Source: Crocinitomicaceae bacterium (GTDB lineage Bacteria > Bacteroidota > Bacteroidia > Flavobacteriales_D > Crocinitomicaceae). From it: DNA of 44,576 nt. The notes beneath the pieces are model-generated. The model was not told the origin of the DNA, did no database searches, and saw only the letters and a list, made by a program, of their open reading frames with translations. This document shows positions 26,577 through 37,340 of this stretch, piece after piece. Made by a program: the position numbers and the translations under genes. The stretch covers positions 1 to 44,576 of the forward strand of contig JAKVAQ010000039.1 of the NCBI GenBank assembly GCA_022447665.1, written 5' to 3'. How positions within the stretch are numbered: position 1 is the first letter of the stretch; every line of letters begins with the position of its first letter.

Positions 26577-26938
26577 TCAAGAACTGCAATAGTGAGTATT
26601 ATTGGAAAGAATGTCACTTGAATAAATGTTCCAAATAATGGAACAAAATCAACAATCCCTATCAAAAGACTCAAACTTGAAATCAAAGATATTACACATC
26701 CCAGTCCCACCAATATAACCATAACCGACATCCTTAGGTATTTATTGAGTACTATTCTGGATAATGGAAATAAAATGTAAAACGGTATTTCAAAATATAC
26801 CATAGCATCGTCACCAAAAACATATACCTTTTCCCAAACATCACCATAGCCCATTTCAGCAGAGTATTGCGGTACAAACACCAAACCGCCCATTAAGAAC
26901 ATTAGTATAATTACCAATAAGGATCGATATTTATTCAA
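26546..26938 (-). CDS. membrane protein, hypothetical
   Basis: Transmembrane helices. Confidence 0.4.
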   Translation of the reverse strand: MNKYRSLLVIILMFLMGGLVFVPQYSAEMGYGDVWEKVYVFGDDAMVYFEIPFYILFPLSRIVLNKYLRMSVMVILVGLGCVISLISSLSLLIGIVDFVPLFGTFIQVTFFPIILTIAVLDWKVLKETQI

Positions 26939-26971
26939 GCCTTTCAGATTTTTAATTTGTCCAATAAGTAT

Positions 26972-27820
26972 TTAGTCATCTGCATTGCCTAATCCTTCAA
27001 CCATCTTATAGAAAGCGGTTTTTTTTATCATACCGATTGTTTTGTCGTTGTCAAATCCATCCTGACCATAGAAGCGAAAAGGAATGCGTATTGGTATTCC
27101 CTGTAGATCAAAATAGTAAACCTTATAGTTCCTTTCATAATGTACTTCTTCCTTCATGTAAATGGATTGCAAAGATTGGTCAAGTTCGTTGATAAGTGTT
27201 TCACTTCCTTTTTCAAGTAAATAAAGTCGCTTAAGTGTTTCTAAGACTTTAGTATTGTCAGCAAGATCTTCAAAGACAGACTCTAATAAAGCTTCTTTTG
27301 CGCTTTTTAAGTCCCCAATCATTTCGTATAAATGAGCGTATCTTAACGAAAAATAGATGGCATTTGATGCATAGGCATTTCCACAGAAGTGCAAATATGG
27401 ATAAGCTGTATCTGAAAGTGAAAGATAGTATAACGAACTATCGTAATCACCCTGGTCATAGTATATTTGATGAAGGATATTTGAAGATCGATGCTTGAAG
27501 TTAGCATAGGGATCCAACATTATACTACCACCAACAGGTTCTTCTTCATTGAAGTTACTTGTCAAGATTCCGTTAAATATACTTTTCGCTTTTCCAAACT
27601 CTTCATTCTCATAATAAGCTAGCCCCAAATTGTAAAATGATTTAGGATAAAGCACGCTTTTAGGATGATTTTCTATAATGTAAAGAAATGATTCTATAGC
27701 CTTGTGATTTTCTCCATTTCTAGAATATTCTACACCTTCATTGAAATAGTCTGATGGCATTTTTTGGGCAATTACCATCAAGGAAAAGAAATGAAATGAT
27801 ATTAAAATTAGGTTCCTCAT
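26972..27820 (-). CDS. secreted TPR-repeat-like protein
   Basis: Signal peptide; TPR-like units (YNLGLAYYENEEFGKAKSIF). Confidence 0.45.
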   Translation of the reverse strand: MRNLILISFHFFSLMVIAQKMPSDYFNEGVEYSRNGENHKAIESFLYIIENHPKSVLYPKSFYNLGLAYYENEEFGKAKSIFNGILTSNFNEEEPVGGSIMLDPYANFKHRSSNILHQIYYDQGDYDSSLYYLSLSDTAYPYLHFCGNAYASNAIYFSLRYAHLYEMIGDLKSAKEALLESVFEDLADNTKVLETLKRLYLLEKGSETLINELDQSLQSIYMKEEVHYERNYKVYYFDLQGIPIRIPFRFYGQDGFDNDKTIGMIKKTAFYKMVEGLGNADD

Positions 27821-29454
27821 TACAGTTGAGCAGTAAATTGAAAGATCGATAAATCTTTAATACCATAAAATACCAATCCTGATTCATCGAAAAAGCAATT
27901 ATTTCTAAATATATAACTTGTTCCCGTTATCTCTTGATAAACTGTGTTATTAACATTAATAAGCCAGCTTTCATCCCCAGTCTTTTGAATAAAATAAAAG
28001 CCATTTTCATTTAACTCGCCAGCAATTATTTCACCTATTCCTGGCTTACCAAAAAAAGTTTCTTTTTTAGCAGAAATCATAGGTTCTGAAAACACCCCAT
28101 TGAAAACCATATAACCTACAGAATCAATTTCTAAATAGAATAGTTTATTCGCAAATTCTGACTCATCTTCTACATAATAAATAGGCAGAATATCCTTTGA
28201 CTTTTTACACCTAAATGGGGTCTCTTGAGAAAAAGCCGGAAACAGCTGTTCTTCGTCTTGATACACATAAGTTGAATCATCGGTTTGGAAAATATGAATT
28301 GAAGCACCAACAGGACTTATATAGAGAGGAATCGGACGCACTCCATATTTTGAGATTGGCTCTGCTAATTCTTCCCCATTCACATATTTGTATAGATAAT
28401 AATCCCTTAAACCGTAAACTGCAAAATTTCCCTCATTATCAAGTGTGGGATAATATATTTTCTCATAAGGCAATTCATACGAAACGCCATTTACATTTAT
28501 AAATTTCTTTTCATTTTGAGTAAAAGTGAAAAGCCCGTTGTTTTCATCTTTTAGGGTTATTTGTGAAAAATCATCTATATTATTAACAATGATACCATTC
28601 ATTAACATATAGGTTGGACCGCCTCTACTTTCATCTCCGTACCCGTAAAAAGCCCCGTTATTCGAAATATAAGACCTTCGAACATTACCAAAAGGACCGT
28701 AAATAGAATCTCTAGTAAGAATAAAAGCTTTGTAATTTTCACTATTTGTATCAGAAGCCTCGACCTTTCGAATATGTGTATACAAATATTCGTTCCGGTT
28801 ATTGATTCTTAATTTTGTAAAGTTCTTTTTTGAAGAATTAATGAGCGTATCGTTGAGGTATAACATGTATATTGAATCCTCCTCTACTGTATAAATGTAA
28901 TAGGCATTATTACTTATACTCATCCAGTCGTCTGAGTTAAATTGTCTTTTCTCTTTAGAGCCTAGCTGACTTAATTTCGTCCCTAAGTAATTCCAACCTT
29001 TATGCGTCAAAGTATCAATTTCACGTATGATCTCTCCGTCAAAATAAATACGAATTTTATCTCCTTCGAATACAGGAATGGCCATATGCATTGAATTATT
29101 GGATTCAGGATAACGATGATTTGCTATATCTCTGCCCAATATCGGTCCAGTTAACTTGTTCGAATAGCAAGTGAAATATGACTCCTTAGAATTGTTAGGG
29201 TTTGAATACAATGATATTGAATTTCCCATTCGGAATTTCAACGGTCCAATTGTGTCATTATCTTGTATAAAATAATACCGTTTACCGATTTTATATTTAA
29301 TCATATAATTCCCCTCTTTATCGAAGGTAACCGATTTAAACTTTTGAACTGTAGAATCGCCATTTGCATCCCAAATGAGGGTTTCTGAAAAAGACTGAGC
29401 TGAACCCTTCAAAGGGAGCAGAAATAAAATTAAGTATAGAACGAATTTCTTCAT
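27820..29454 (-). CDS. large secreted hypothetical protein (544 aa)
   Basis: Signal peptide; Y/N-rich repeats. Confidence 0.5.
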   Translation of the reverse strand: MKKFVLYLILFLLPLKGSAQSFSETLIWDANGDSTVQKFKSVTFDKEGNYMIKYKIGKRYYFIQDNDTIGPLKFRMGNSISLYSNPNNSKESYFTCYSNKLTGPILGRDIANHRYPESNNSMHMAIPVFEGDKIRIYFDGEIIREIDTLTHKGWNYLGTKLSQLGSKEKRQFNSDDWMSISNNAYYIYTVEEDSIYMLYLNDTLINSSKKNFTKLRINNRNEYLYTHIRKVEASDTNSENYKAFILTRDSIYGPFGNVRRSYISNNGAFYGYGDESRGGPTYMLMNGIIVNNIDDFSQITLKDENNGLFTFTQNEKKFINVNGVSYELPYEKIYYPTLDNEGNFAVYGLRDYYLYKYVNGEELAEPISKYGVRPIPLYISPVGASIHIFQTDDSTYVYQDEEQLFPAFSQETPFRCKKSKDILPIYYVEDESEFANKLFYLEIDSVGYMVFNGVFSEPMISAKKETFFGKPGIGEIIAGELNENGFYFIQKTGDESWLINVNNTVYQEITGTSYIFRNNCFFDESGLVFYGIKDLSIFQFTAQL

Positions 29455-29479
29455 TAAGAGAGCCTATTTAGTTGTTCTA

Positions 29480-30253
29480 TTAATACTCATATTCATAAAC
29501 TAAAGTAAATTCTGAATTCACTACTTTTTCAATGAGTCCGCTTTCAAAATTATAGGTGTAATAGTTATCTTTTTGAGACTCAACTCCATTATAATAAACG
29601 CGGTATACAATTTCGTTACCATTTTCGTCAAACTCATGTTTACCTATGAATGTCTGTTCCGCGCCAAGGTAATCGAATTCGAATTGAATTTCTTGGCCAT
29701 TATCATTAAACCAGTACTTTTCTATACGGATTAGCTGTCCCTTCCTATATACTGAATCTACTCGATGAGAATTGTCTGCTGAATAAGTATATATTGTTTT
29801 AAAATCGTACCAATCATTGTTCGGAGAAATAGAATAAGACTCTACGAGCAAGTCGTTTTTATAAAAATAATATGAGGAGTCTATTCTTGGAATTAGATCG
29901 GAGGTATCGAGTTTTGTCCGATAGATTTTATTGCCACTTGAATCATATGTGTAAGTAGTTTCAAATGCATATGCTCTATTTGAAAATGGTATAAAAACCA
30001 TTTTAACTAAACGGTTCATTTCATCATAGAAGTATTCTTGTTTATCGGTATCGTGTTGTATCTCATTAATTAAGCCCATTTCATTATAAAACTGGGTTAA
30101 ATAGAGTTCCTTTGTTCCACTCTTAAGTTTGTAAATCTTGCATGATTTTACTGCGTTATTTACAATGGCCTCTTGATTTTTATTTGGAGGCAAACTCTGA
30201 CTCAATGATATACAGGTTAACAACAGGAGTAATATGGTTAAAGGGAATTTCAA
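29480..30253 (-). CDS. YD-repeat-like lipoprotein
   Basis: Signal peptide; YTYDSSGNKI / FDENGNEIVY units. Confidence 0.45.
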   Translation of the reverse strand: MKFPLTILLLLLTCISLSQSLPPNKNQEAIVNNAVKSCKIYKLKSGTKELYLTQFYNEMGLINEIQHDTDKQEYFYDEMNRLVKMVFIPFSNRAYAFETTYTYDSSGNKIYRTKLDTSDLIPRIDSSYYFYKNDLLVESYSISPNNDWYDFKTIYTYSADNSHRVDSVYRKGQLIRIEKYWFNDNGQEIQFEFDYLGAEQTFIGKHEFDENGNEIVYRVYYNGVESQKDNYYTYNFESGLIEKVVNSEFTLVYEYEY

Positions 30254-30711
30254 TTTAAATAAGTAACAATATTGGCTGAATCGATTGAATACCTCAACCT
30301 ATCGTAATTATATATTCTCCCATCTCTTCTTGACAGAGAAAGTGTTGTGTCACCTACTGATATAATTCGATAGCTAAATGTATCTCTCCTGTTCGTTCTA
30401 ATAGTAATCTTAGTCAAAATAGAATCATCAACGAAGTAGACTCCATCATCACTATAGTCCCCATGATGATCGAAGAAAGTTGAATCTTCCCAATAACAGG
30501 AAACTGACCTATAATCTAGAAAAGAAGTTTCTTCACTAGGTCCTTCCTTATCAGCATCTATCCAACATCCATAAAGCGTTTCGTTAGACATACCCTTGTG
30601 CCCTGACTCCCGGGAGCAGGAGAATACGAGTAACAGCGTAATTCCAAGAATTAAGTTTCTGAGTGTCTTACGTAATAGAAAGAACATACCTAGTCTAATT
30701 CCATTTTTCAT
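30250..30711 (-). CDS. lipoprotein, hypothetical
   Basis: Signal peptide plus FSC-SRESG. Confidence 0.4.
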   Translation of the reverse strand: MKNGIRLGMFFLLRKTLRNLILGITLLLVFSCSRESGHKGMSNETLYGCWIDADKEGPSEETSFLDYRSVSCYWEDSTFFDHHGDYSDDGVYFVDDSILTKITIRTNRRDTFSYRIISVGDTTLSLSRRDGRIYNYDRLRYSIDSANIVTYLN

Positions 30712-30803
30712 TTCCTTTCACTTCCGGTTTGTAGCTGCCTTGCTCATCGAACATACTTTCAGTCTGTCTAGGATGTATGAATCCAACAAATTCATTTGAG
30801 TAA

Positions 30804-31478
30804 TTATCTCCAGCGAAGAAGCGTTTTTTGCGGACCAGTATAAACATAGGCAGAAGTAATAATAATCTCTCCAGGTGGTAGAATAATATTTCCAATACCG
30901 TTTCCACACATGTAAATCCATGGTTCCTCTATTAGTTTCCATTCTCCATCATAATTAGCTTCCATCAGTAAACCAACAAAGTCACCATAAGCGATTCCTG
31001 CATTAACGGTGTCAAGGTTCTTAATCATTACAGGGTAAGCTTCATATCGTTTGTTCAATAACCTTTGATTTGTATCAACTGTAATCTCTAGGTTGCAGTT
31101 TTCACCGTGAAGATACTCGGGTCTATCTTCTTGCATCCAACCAACAAAATATTTTTTAAAGGGTTTTCTGGCTTCAATAATATACGAACCCATATACGTT
31201 GTATCATTTAATCTAATACCAGGTTGCATAGCTGGCTTGATGTACCAGGACATATCATAATTAATTTCTATCGAGTCTTTCGGTTTACCTATATAGTATA
31301 TCTTGTAATTTGCGGTATTGAGCCAAGTAGTTTGATATTTAATATTGCTTATCGAGGCGGTATCGTGAAGAATAGGAAAGAGCCTATCAATGTCATTGCT
31401 TTCATCCTCTTTTGCTTTAGTGCTGCATGCTGCTAGAAGACAAATAGATATTATGAAAAACGGAATTCGATAGTACAT
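30804..31478 (-). CDS. lipoprotein, hypothetical
   Basis: LAAC-STKAKEDE lipobox with acidic export-like segment. Confidence 0.5.
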   Translation of the reverse strand: MYYRIPFFIISICLLAACSTKAKEDESNDIDRLFPILHDTASISNIKYQTTWLNTANYKIYYIGKPKDSIEINYDMSWYIKPAMQPGIRLNDTTYMGSYIIEARKPFKKYFVGWMQEDRPEYLHGENCNLEITVDTNQRLLNKRYEAYPVMIKNLDTVNAGIAYGDFVGLLMEANYDGEWKLIEEPWIYMCGNGIGNIILPPGEIIITSAYVYTGPQKTLLRWR

Positions 31479-31756
31479 AAAATAATCACGCGTGTTTTAC
31501 AAAAAGTTACGTTAATCGCATCAAATAATTGTTCGAATTTGTACCCAATTCTCATTCTTTTAAACAGGTCTAAAAAGTATCCTATAATCCTTGAATAAAC
31601 CAAAGCGCAAACTATATTCATTATTACATATCTTAAAATAGTTCATTCCGCCGTAAAACGCCGTTAATAATGGCAAAAACCGACGTAATTTGATGTTGAA
31701 CGCCGTAGAACGTGGTTTGAAGTGATTTAGACTCTGCTGAGGGATCTTTTATTATA

Positions 31757-32566
31757 CTATTTTTTCGCCTCAATCCACTTTCTTTCATCGTATGTATACT
31801 CTCGTTTCACTTTTTGAAGTAAACTATCAATCCATTCGTAATTCCATTCTGTTTTATACACCGGTTTCCCAGATTCATAATAAATGACCCAATCAAAATC
31901 GTTGTTATTTATTTCTCCCAGTGAGTCCGGAAAAACACTCCAAAAACCATAACCGAATGAATAATACTTTGCTTTAGTTTCTATCTTTCCTTGATCGTCA
32001 AAAGTTTTATGTTTATACCCATAAAACTTTTGCTCTTTGTTTATTATTCTATCAAGAATCAAAATCTCTCTTCTTCTAATTTTTGTTCTTAATTTTCCAT
32101 TTTGACTGTAAATCTTTTTCTTTCGCAGTGTCTCATTACATTTCAGCTTGCCATTTGGGTGATAAGTCTTTGATTTTTGATTTCGATATTTAAAGGCTAA
32201 TTCACCATCTTTAAAGTATTCACGTAATTCCCCCTTATTCTCACACCAATAAGAGGCAAGTTGACCATTTTCATAATACTCAAGTCTTTCTTGTCTGCCT
32301 GTGAATGGAACTTCAATTACCCTAATTAAACCAGTCTCATAATAGCGTATGACTGAATCGACCGGTTGGCCGTTGTCAAAAGTCCCTTTCATCTTGAGAC
32401 CTCCACTTGGATAATAGCTAACACATTCACCATCGCACAAAATAGTATCACAATAAAATTCCGAAAAGTCACCAACATAGATAGCATGAAACATGCTATC
32501 GTAGACTTGCTGCGAATATGATTCAAAAGCTGTTAGTAGGATTAAACTGGTAAATAGTCTCAACAT
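31757..32566 (-). CDS. MORN/YwqK-like repeat protein, secreted
   Basis: Repeated YYENGQL / YHPNGKL units. Confidence 0.45.
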   Translation of the reverse strand: MLRLFTSLILLTAFESYSQQVYDSMFHAIYVGDFSEFYCDTILCDGECVSYYPSGGLKMKGTFDNGQPVDSVIRYYETGLIRVIEVPFTGRQERLEYYENGQLASYWCENKGELREYFKDGELAFKYRNQKSKTYHPNGKLKCNETLRKKKIYSQNGKLRTKIRRREILILDRIINKEQKFYGYKHKTFDDQGKIETKAKYYSFGYGFWSVFPDSLGEINNNDFDWVIYYESGKPVYKTEWNYEWIDSLLQKVKREYTYDERKWIEAKK

Positions 32567-32635
32567 GACTTTTTTATTTACAGATTAAATCCTGTTGAGT
32601 TTTCCATAAATATGTTGGAGATATCGCTGAATAAA

Positions 32636-33625
32636 CTACTTATTATCGGTGCTTAAGAACATATCAAAAACTAGCTCAGGTTTTCCCGTTTCAGCGTTTA
32701 ATTTTGTCTCCCTTATTAGAAATCCGTTTTCATCGTATTCAAATTTCTTCCAATAAAAAAGCTTGTCTTCACTATACCTTTTTTCTTCGACAAGCTCTTT
32801 ATTTTGATTGTATGAGTACTCTATGAATGACTTTGTTTCTTTTCCTCGTTTTAACCCAGTTTTTTCTTGTTTAATGAGAAGATTGTTTTCGTCATAATAA
32901 TAGAAGGTAGTATCATTATTCGAGTAGACTGCTTCAATTTGTCCCAAAGTATTGTATACAAAATTGCTAAAAATTGTATCCTTTGATTCCTTAATGAGAG
33001 TAGGTCTTCCAGGAACAATGACTTTTGTCTTCTTTAATAAATACTTGGAGGTCAAATTATTCGTTTCGGACTCGTAAACAAAGATCTCTTTTTGATAATG
33101 CGTTTCTTTTAATGTACAGTTATTACTATTGTCGTATTCATAAAAAGTAGTATCAGAAGTTCTTGTTCCATAGGCAGAGGTACGATTACTTAGTACAAGT
33201 TCAAGATTATTGACTTCATTATAGACATACTTGAAAGTGTCAATATTTGGTGATGGAATCAGGTTTAAAAGATTTGGCCGTTCATCAATGTTACGGTCTA
33301 TATATCTAGTATACCTAATTTGAGAATTTAGTTTACCATTTTCATCATAATAATAGACTGAGGAATCTATACTTACGACCATATCAGGTGCGTATTGCCA
33401 ATTCAAAGTTATCATGCCTTCATTGTTGTATTCTTTCATATTCATAAGTCGAGAAGAGCGAACAGAATCATTAGGATAATAGGATGTCCATCTTTCTTCG
33501 TACTTGTTAATATGATATTTCTTAAAGCTCAACGCATTGTAATTTTTCTTGGGATCTGGTGCTTGTCCATAACTTGAAACGAATAATCCTATGTAGAATA
33601 AAAGAATGCTTAAATATTTCATTTT
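32636..33625 (-). CDS. YD-repeat-like secreted protein
   Basis: Internal Met start gives a signal peptide; YYYDENGKL repeats. Confidence 0.45.
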   Translation of the reverse strand, partial: KMKYLSILLFYIGLFVSSYGQAPDPKKNYNALSFKKYHINKYEERWTSYYPNDSVRSSRLMNMKEYNNEGMITLNWQYAPDMVVSIDSSVYYYDENGKLNSQIRYTRYIDRNIDERPNLLNLIPSPNIDTFKYVYNEVNNLELVLSNRTSAYGTRTSDTTFYEYDNSNNCTLKETHYQKEIFVYESETNNLTSKYLLKKTKVIVPGRPTLIKESKDTIFSNFVYNTLGQIEAVYSNNDTTFYYYDENNLLIKQEKTGLKRGKETKSFIEYSYNQNKELVEEKRYSEDKLFYWKKFEYDENGFLIRETKLNAETGKPELVFDMFLSTDNK

Positions 33626-33650
33626 GGACGATTTGATCTTGAAAGTGAAA

Positions 33651-34169
33651 TTACAAAAAGTAATTGTCCAATAATAAGAGTATAAATAATAAGAGAGACA
33701 CAACCCAGTGCCGGACTTGAATTTTGAATTCTCTTCTAACCAGTTTTAACATCAGAAATGAAAAGATGACTGTAAAAAGGAGTACGAAAAGCCATAGAAA
33801 AAAATTTATCCAAGGAAAGTCCGGTGCTTCAAGCGTTAAAACTTTGCCCCATCGATGTATTTCGATTAATGCTACTGCACAAGCCAATGACCAACCTGCT
33901 ATATTTTTTCTTGCTAATATTCCAATACCACTAAATAGAGCTAAAAAAGCTCTTAAAAAATTACTATGATGCCCCCAAATGATTTTTCCCCAACTAAAGT
34001 CTTCTTCTGATATTCCTGGTATATGGATTACGGTTCTTAAATACCAATTACGATAGAAGTAGACTGCCCATGCCGATAGAAGAAATTCTATAACGAACCA
34101 AATAATTAGGAATATACCTGTGGTATTGATTAGGGTGCGTGTGACGCCGGTATACTTAGAACCACTCAT
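33651..34169 (-). CDS. membrane protein, hypothetical
   Basis: Transmembrane helices. Confidence 0.45.
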   Translation of the reverse strand: MSGSKYTGVTRTLINTTGIFLIIWFVIEFLLSAWAVYFYRNWYLRTVIHIPGISEEDFSWGKIIWGHHSNFLRAFLALFSGIGILARKNIAGWSLACAVALIEIHRWGKVLTLEAPDFPWINFFLWLFVLLFTVIFSFLMLKLVRREFKIQVRHWVVSLLLFILLLLDNYFL

Positions 34170-34175
34170 ACTATA

Positions 34176-34547
34176 TTAATCTCTTACACCAATTTTCCAA
34201 TTCATAAATTGATTTATATCTTCAATAGCGTCTTCTATTCGCCAAAGATATTTTGTATGTCTTCTTTTGCTATTAATCATTGCGGCTTTCACAAGGTATT
34301 TTTCAAGTTTTCTATGATTTCTTGCCACATAGGCAAGTCCTAGCAAAGCATTTGAGCTTACACGATCATCTTGGTGGTCAACCAGTTTTAAACAGAGATC
34401 CTGAGCGACCTTCCAATTTGAACAATTAGCACCAATAGAAAGGGGCAGAATAATTAGTTCATCTATAGTTCCTGATTCGATAATTTTATTTGTTTCGTCA
34501 ATATCAAAACCAGGTAATGAGGAGTATTTCATAGAATGTTTATTCAT
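34176..34547 (-). CDS. hypothetical cytoplasmic protein
   Basis: ORF track. Confidence 0.4.
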   Translation of the reverse strand: MNKHSMKYSSLPGFDIDETNKIIESGTIDELIILPLSIGANCSNWKVAQDLCLKLVDHQDDRVSSNALLGLAYVARNHRKLEKYLVKAAMINSKRRHTKYLWRIEDAIEDINQFMNWKIGVRD

Positions 34548-34676
34548 TATTTGGCTCTCATTGAAGTCAAGTACCTCTTCTAGAATTTGATCTTAACATG
34601 AAAGGTTTTGGTTATTGTAACTGTAAAAATGTAAATCGGCGAGATTACAAAAAACAATTCAAGCAATACGGTAACA

Positions 34677-35693
34677 TCAGTCATCAACTTTTTTTAAAAG
34701 TTCATCATTTGCAATATAAACTCCAAAATAAGGGTAGTCAGCTTTTCGACGCTTAAGGAAAATAAAAAAGGGACGATTAAAAATCATGGCTTTGGGTTTC
34801 GGTTTTTCTCCTAGTTCTTCTACGACCTCTTCTATTTCAATTATAGCTTCACTTTCCACTTCTGCACCTTTCTCATTTAATAGAAATGCATTGCTTTGAT
34901 AAAACTCTGTAACATTATACATGGTATCTGTAGAAATAAAAGAAGTTCCAATAATGCGTTGAAAATTCTTTTCCAAATTAAACTCAACTATTGGAATATC
35001 TACTCGATCATCATCCTCAAACCCAATACCTCCAACTTTATTGTCAACGTAGTAATCAAATATTTCTTCAAATGTGTTTAGACTTGTAGTCATTTCTGAA
35101 TTCATAATAAGAATGATCTCATGTGCTTTATCCTTAGGGTCAAGAGAAATAGAAAAGTCATTTTCGTTATTGTAATAGTTAATACGGCAATAACGGTGAT
35201 AGCCTATACAGCCAAATGATTCTACTTGCGTTTCATTAAAGCTCATTCCATAATCTGACTTGGTAAAAGGATCTTTAAAAGGCAATGAAATTCTGAAAAA
35301 GGCCCTTGTTCTGATTTCTTTTTCACTAACTTCTGCATTAACGTCGTATTCTTCTGAATTAAGGACATCCACATAACTCTCTGTTTGATTTAGTATTTCT
35401 AGTTCACTATTTGTGAACTTTTCTAAGGGAGCATTGATAATGCTTTTGATTTCGTTCCAAGCAAAAGGCATGGTAGCTGAATAAATGGCATTATTCTCAA
35501 GATCAAAATCACTTTCTAAGGTCAATACAAAGTCAGTACGTTCAACGCTATCCACATCAACGGTTTCTGGGAAAATATCAAGTGAGATTTCTTCCTCAGA
35601 ATTATTAATATCTTCATTAACCTCATCTATTGTTGAAGATTTACAAGATTGAAAAGCAATGGGAATAAACAATAAGAAAAGTATCTGCTTCAT
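34677..35693 (-). CDS. serpin-like lipoprotein (serine protease inhibitor family, short form)
   Basis: Signal peptide plus FQSC-KSS; hinge-like EKGAEVESEAII and C-terminal serpin signature MIFNRPFFIFL...YFGVYIAN. Confidence 0.5.
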   Translation of the reverse strand: MKQILFLLFIPIAFQSCKSSTIDEVNEDINNSEEEISLDIFPETVDVDSVERTDFVLTLESDFDLENNAIYSATMPFAWNEIKSIINAPLEKFTNSELEILNQTESYVDVLNSEEYDVNAEVSEKEIRTRAFFRISLPFKDPFTKSDYGMSFNETQVESFGCIGYHRYCRINYYNNENDFSISLDPKDKAHEIILIMNSEMTTSLNTFEEIFDYYVDNKVGGIGFEDDDRVDIPIVEFNLEKNFQRIIGTSFISTDTMYNVTEFYQSNAFLLNEKGAEVESEAIIEIEEVVEELGEKPKPKAMIFNRPFFIFLKRRKADYPYFGVYIANDELLKKVDD

Positions 35694-35736
35694 AAGTTTT
35701 GGTTTTTGAGTTAATTTAATTCCCTTCTGAACATCT

Positions 35737-36132
35737 TTAGATTAAGGCTAAGAGATACTTTTTAGCCTCTTCTATTTCCTTTTTCTTAAATCCACCCATG
35801 TCCAACTTAACTTTAGACTTGTTTTCCATTATAATTACCAACTGGGCTTCAGAATTTGCCTTTATTTCTTTGATCTCCTCAATTAATAGACTTTTCTTTT
35901 CAAAAGGTATTTTTGGTTTAACTACAAGTGAGTCATTTTTATGAATAAGAAGAGGAGTTGTAAGTAAAAGAACATTGTGAATTACTCCCAATACACCAAC
36001 AACCCCAGCTATAATTGCCATAGGTAGACTGCCTTTGTCAAAATAACGGTAAGCATAGAAAAATAGAAATAGTCCGGTAGCAATCGAAAAGAAATTCGGT
36101 TTACTTTTTTTTATTATAATTTTTTCAGTCAT
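35737..36132 (-). CDS. membrane protein, hypothetical
   Basis: Two transmembrane helices. Confidence 0.4.
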   Translation of the reverse strand: MTEKIIIKKSKPNFFSIATGLFLFFYAYRYFDKGSLPMAIIAGVVGVLGVIHNVLLLTTPLLIHKNDSLVVKPKIPFEKKSLLIEEIKEIKANSEAQLVIIMENKSKVKLDMGGFKKKEIEEAKKYLLALI

Positions 36133-36226
36133 TGAAATGTAGGTTTTGGGTTATGACGAGTTATTCAATCATTATTTTCGGCTAAAGTTAAGAGAATTTG
36201 CAGTACATTTTAGACTAATAGTTACC

Positions 36227-36706
36227 TTAGAAAACTTCAAAATCATCAACTTCGTCTGGGTTATCTTCGGTTGGTTTTGATGAGGGTTTGGGTTTAGGTT
36301 TTCGAGGTTTTAGTATATACTGCGCCCAAAATTTCGTGGCGATTAAAAATCCGATGGCTGATAGCAGGAAAAACAAGGCGATTTTCCAATTTGAATGCTG
36401 TATAATTGATGCGTTGATGAAAAAAGAACAGGAAAGACATAAAAGCCAGATACCAAAAAAATATGTTTCACTTAGAGTGTAAGTTCTATTGGATCTGTTA
36501 AATAGCCTATCATTCCATGAAGGCTGCTTAATATTTACCCATTGACTTTTATTCATGATCATTAATCCACTTACTATTAAAATCGGAGCAATTAACCCGA
36601 AAAGATAAATCGCAATCGAAGAAGGAAACTTCATCTCGAACATAATAAAGATGTTCAGGACTGACGCTGAGACTATAACTGTTTTAATTTTTCCCCAAGG
36701 AGTCAT
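36227..36706 (-). CDS. membrane protein, hypothetical
   Basis: Transmembrane helices; preceded by the conserved 21-nt motif. Confidence 0.45.
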   Translation of the reverse strand: MTPWGKIKTVIVSASVLNIFIMFEMKFPSSIAIYLFGLIAPILIVSGLMIMNKSQWVNIKQPSWNDRLFNRSNRTYTLSETYFFGIWLLCLSCSFFINASIIQHSNWKIALFFLLSAIGFLIATKFWAQYILKPRKPKPKPSSKPTEDNPDEVDDFEVF

Positions 36707-36730
36707 TGAGTTGGTGCAGAGAATGTTTAC

Positions 36731-36751
36731 GTTCAGCTAAAAATAGCCAAT
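36731..36751 (-). promoter_or_regulatory. conserved 21-nt upstream motif (copy A)
   Basis: ATTGGCTATTTTTAGCTGAAC on the minus strand, about 25 nt upstream of the 36706 start. Confidence 0.4.
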
Positions 36752-37252
36752 TTTCTCCTCGTCGAATTGTTTTCTGAAAGATTCTACTATTGAAGAACGT
36801 ATTTTCATGCTTGAGCTTTTCCACATAAGAAACCAAGCTAGGACTACCAAACTTGTGAAAAATGTTGGGACTATTATTGAAGGTAAAAAACCGGAGGTTC
36901 CATAATTTGCGATACCAAAGGTGGTAATTGCATACACAAACAACACTGCCATTAGGCCAATGAAAAACAGAAAAAAATAAGGAGGTAGGATTATTATGGT
37001 CAACCTGGTTTTATTGTCTTTTTCAATGCTAGTCAAGGAGCACTTTCCCCACCATGGCTGAACTGGCCAATGGTCGAGAGTAAATTTGAAATTATCAGGA
37101 GTGTCTAATCCTTTCCAAGAGGCTTTTACGTTCAGTGAACCACCCAGCCTACCAGCATTTAGGGGTACTTTGTTAGAACTAAGGAACTTGATCGTTTCTT
37201 TCATCGATTTATTGAGTACGATTTCAATTTTTGCTCTCACTTTGCCTGCCAA
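36737..37252 (-). CDS. membrane protein, hypothetical
   Basis: Transmembrane helices. Confidence 0.45.
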   Translation of the reverse strand: MAGKVRAKIEIVLNKSMKETIKFLSSNKVPLNAGRLGGSLNVKASWKGLDTPDNFKFTLDHWPVQPWWGKCSLTSIEKDNKTRLTIIILPPYFFLFFIGLMAVLFVYAITTFGIANYGTSGFLPSIIVPTFFTSLVVLAWFLMWKSSSMKIRSSIVESFRKQFDEEKIGYF

Positions 37253-37340
37253 CGTTTGCCTAAAGTTAGGGAATATAGAAGAACACGGAACAAAGTACGC
37301 GTAAGATCAGGCTATTGTGTTAGGTGAAGTTTTAATGATT

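Noticed and set aside
26334-27498. Plus-strand ORFs 26334-26519 and 27298-27498
   Set aside because: They are antisense to longer minus-strand genes; low-complexity K/N-rich translation.
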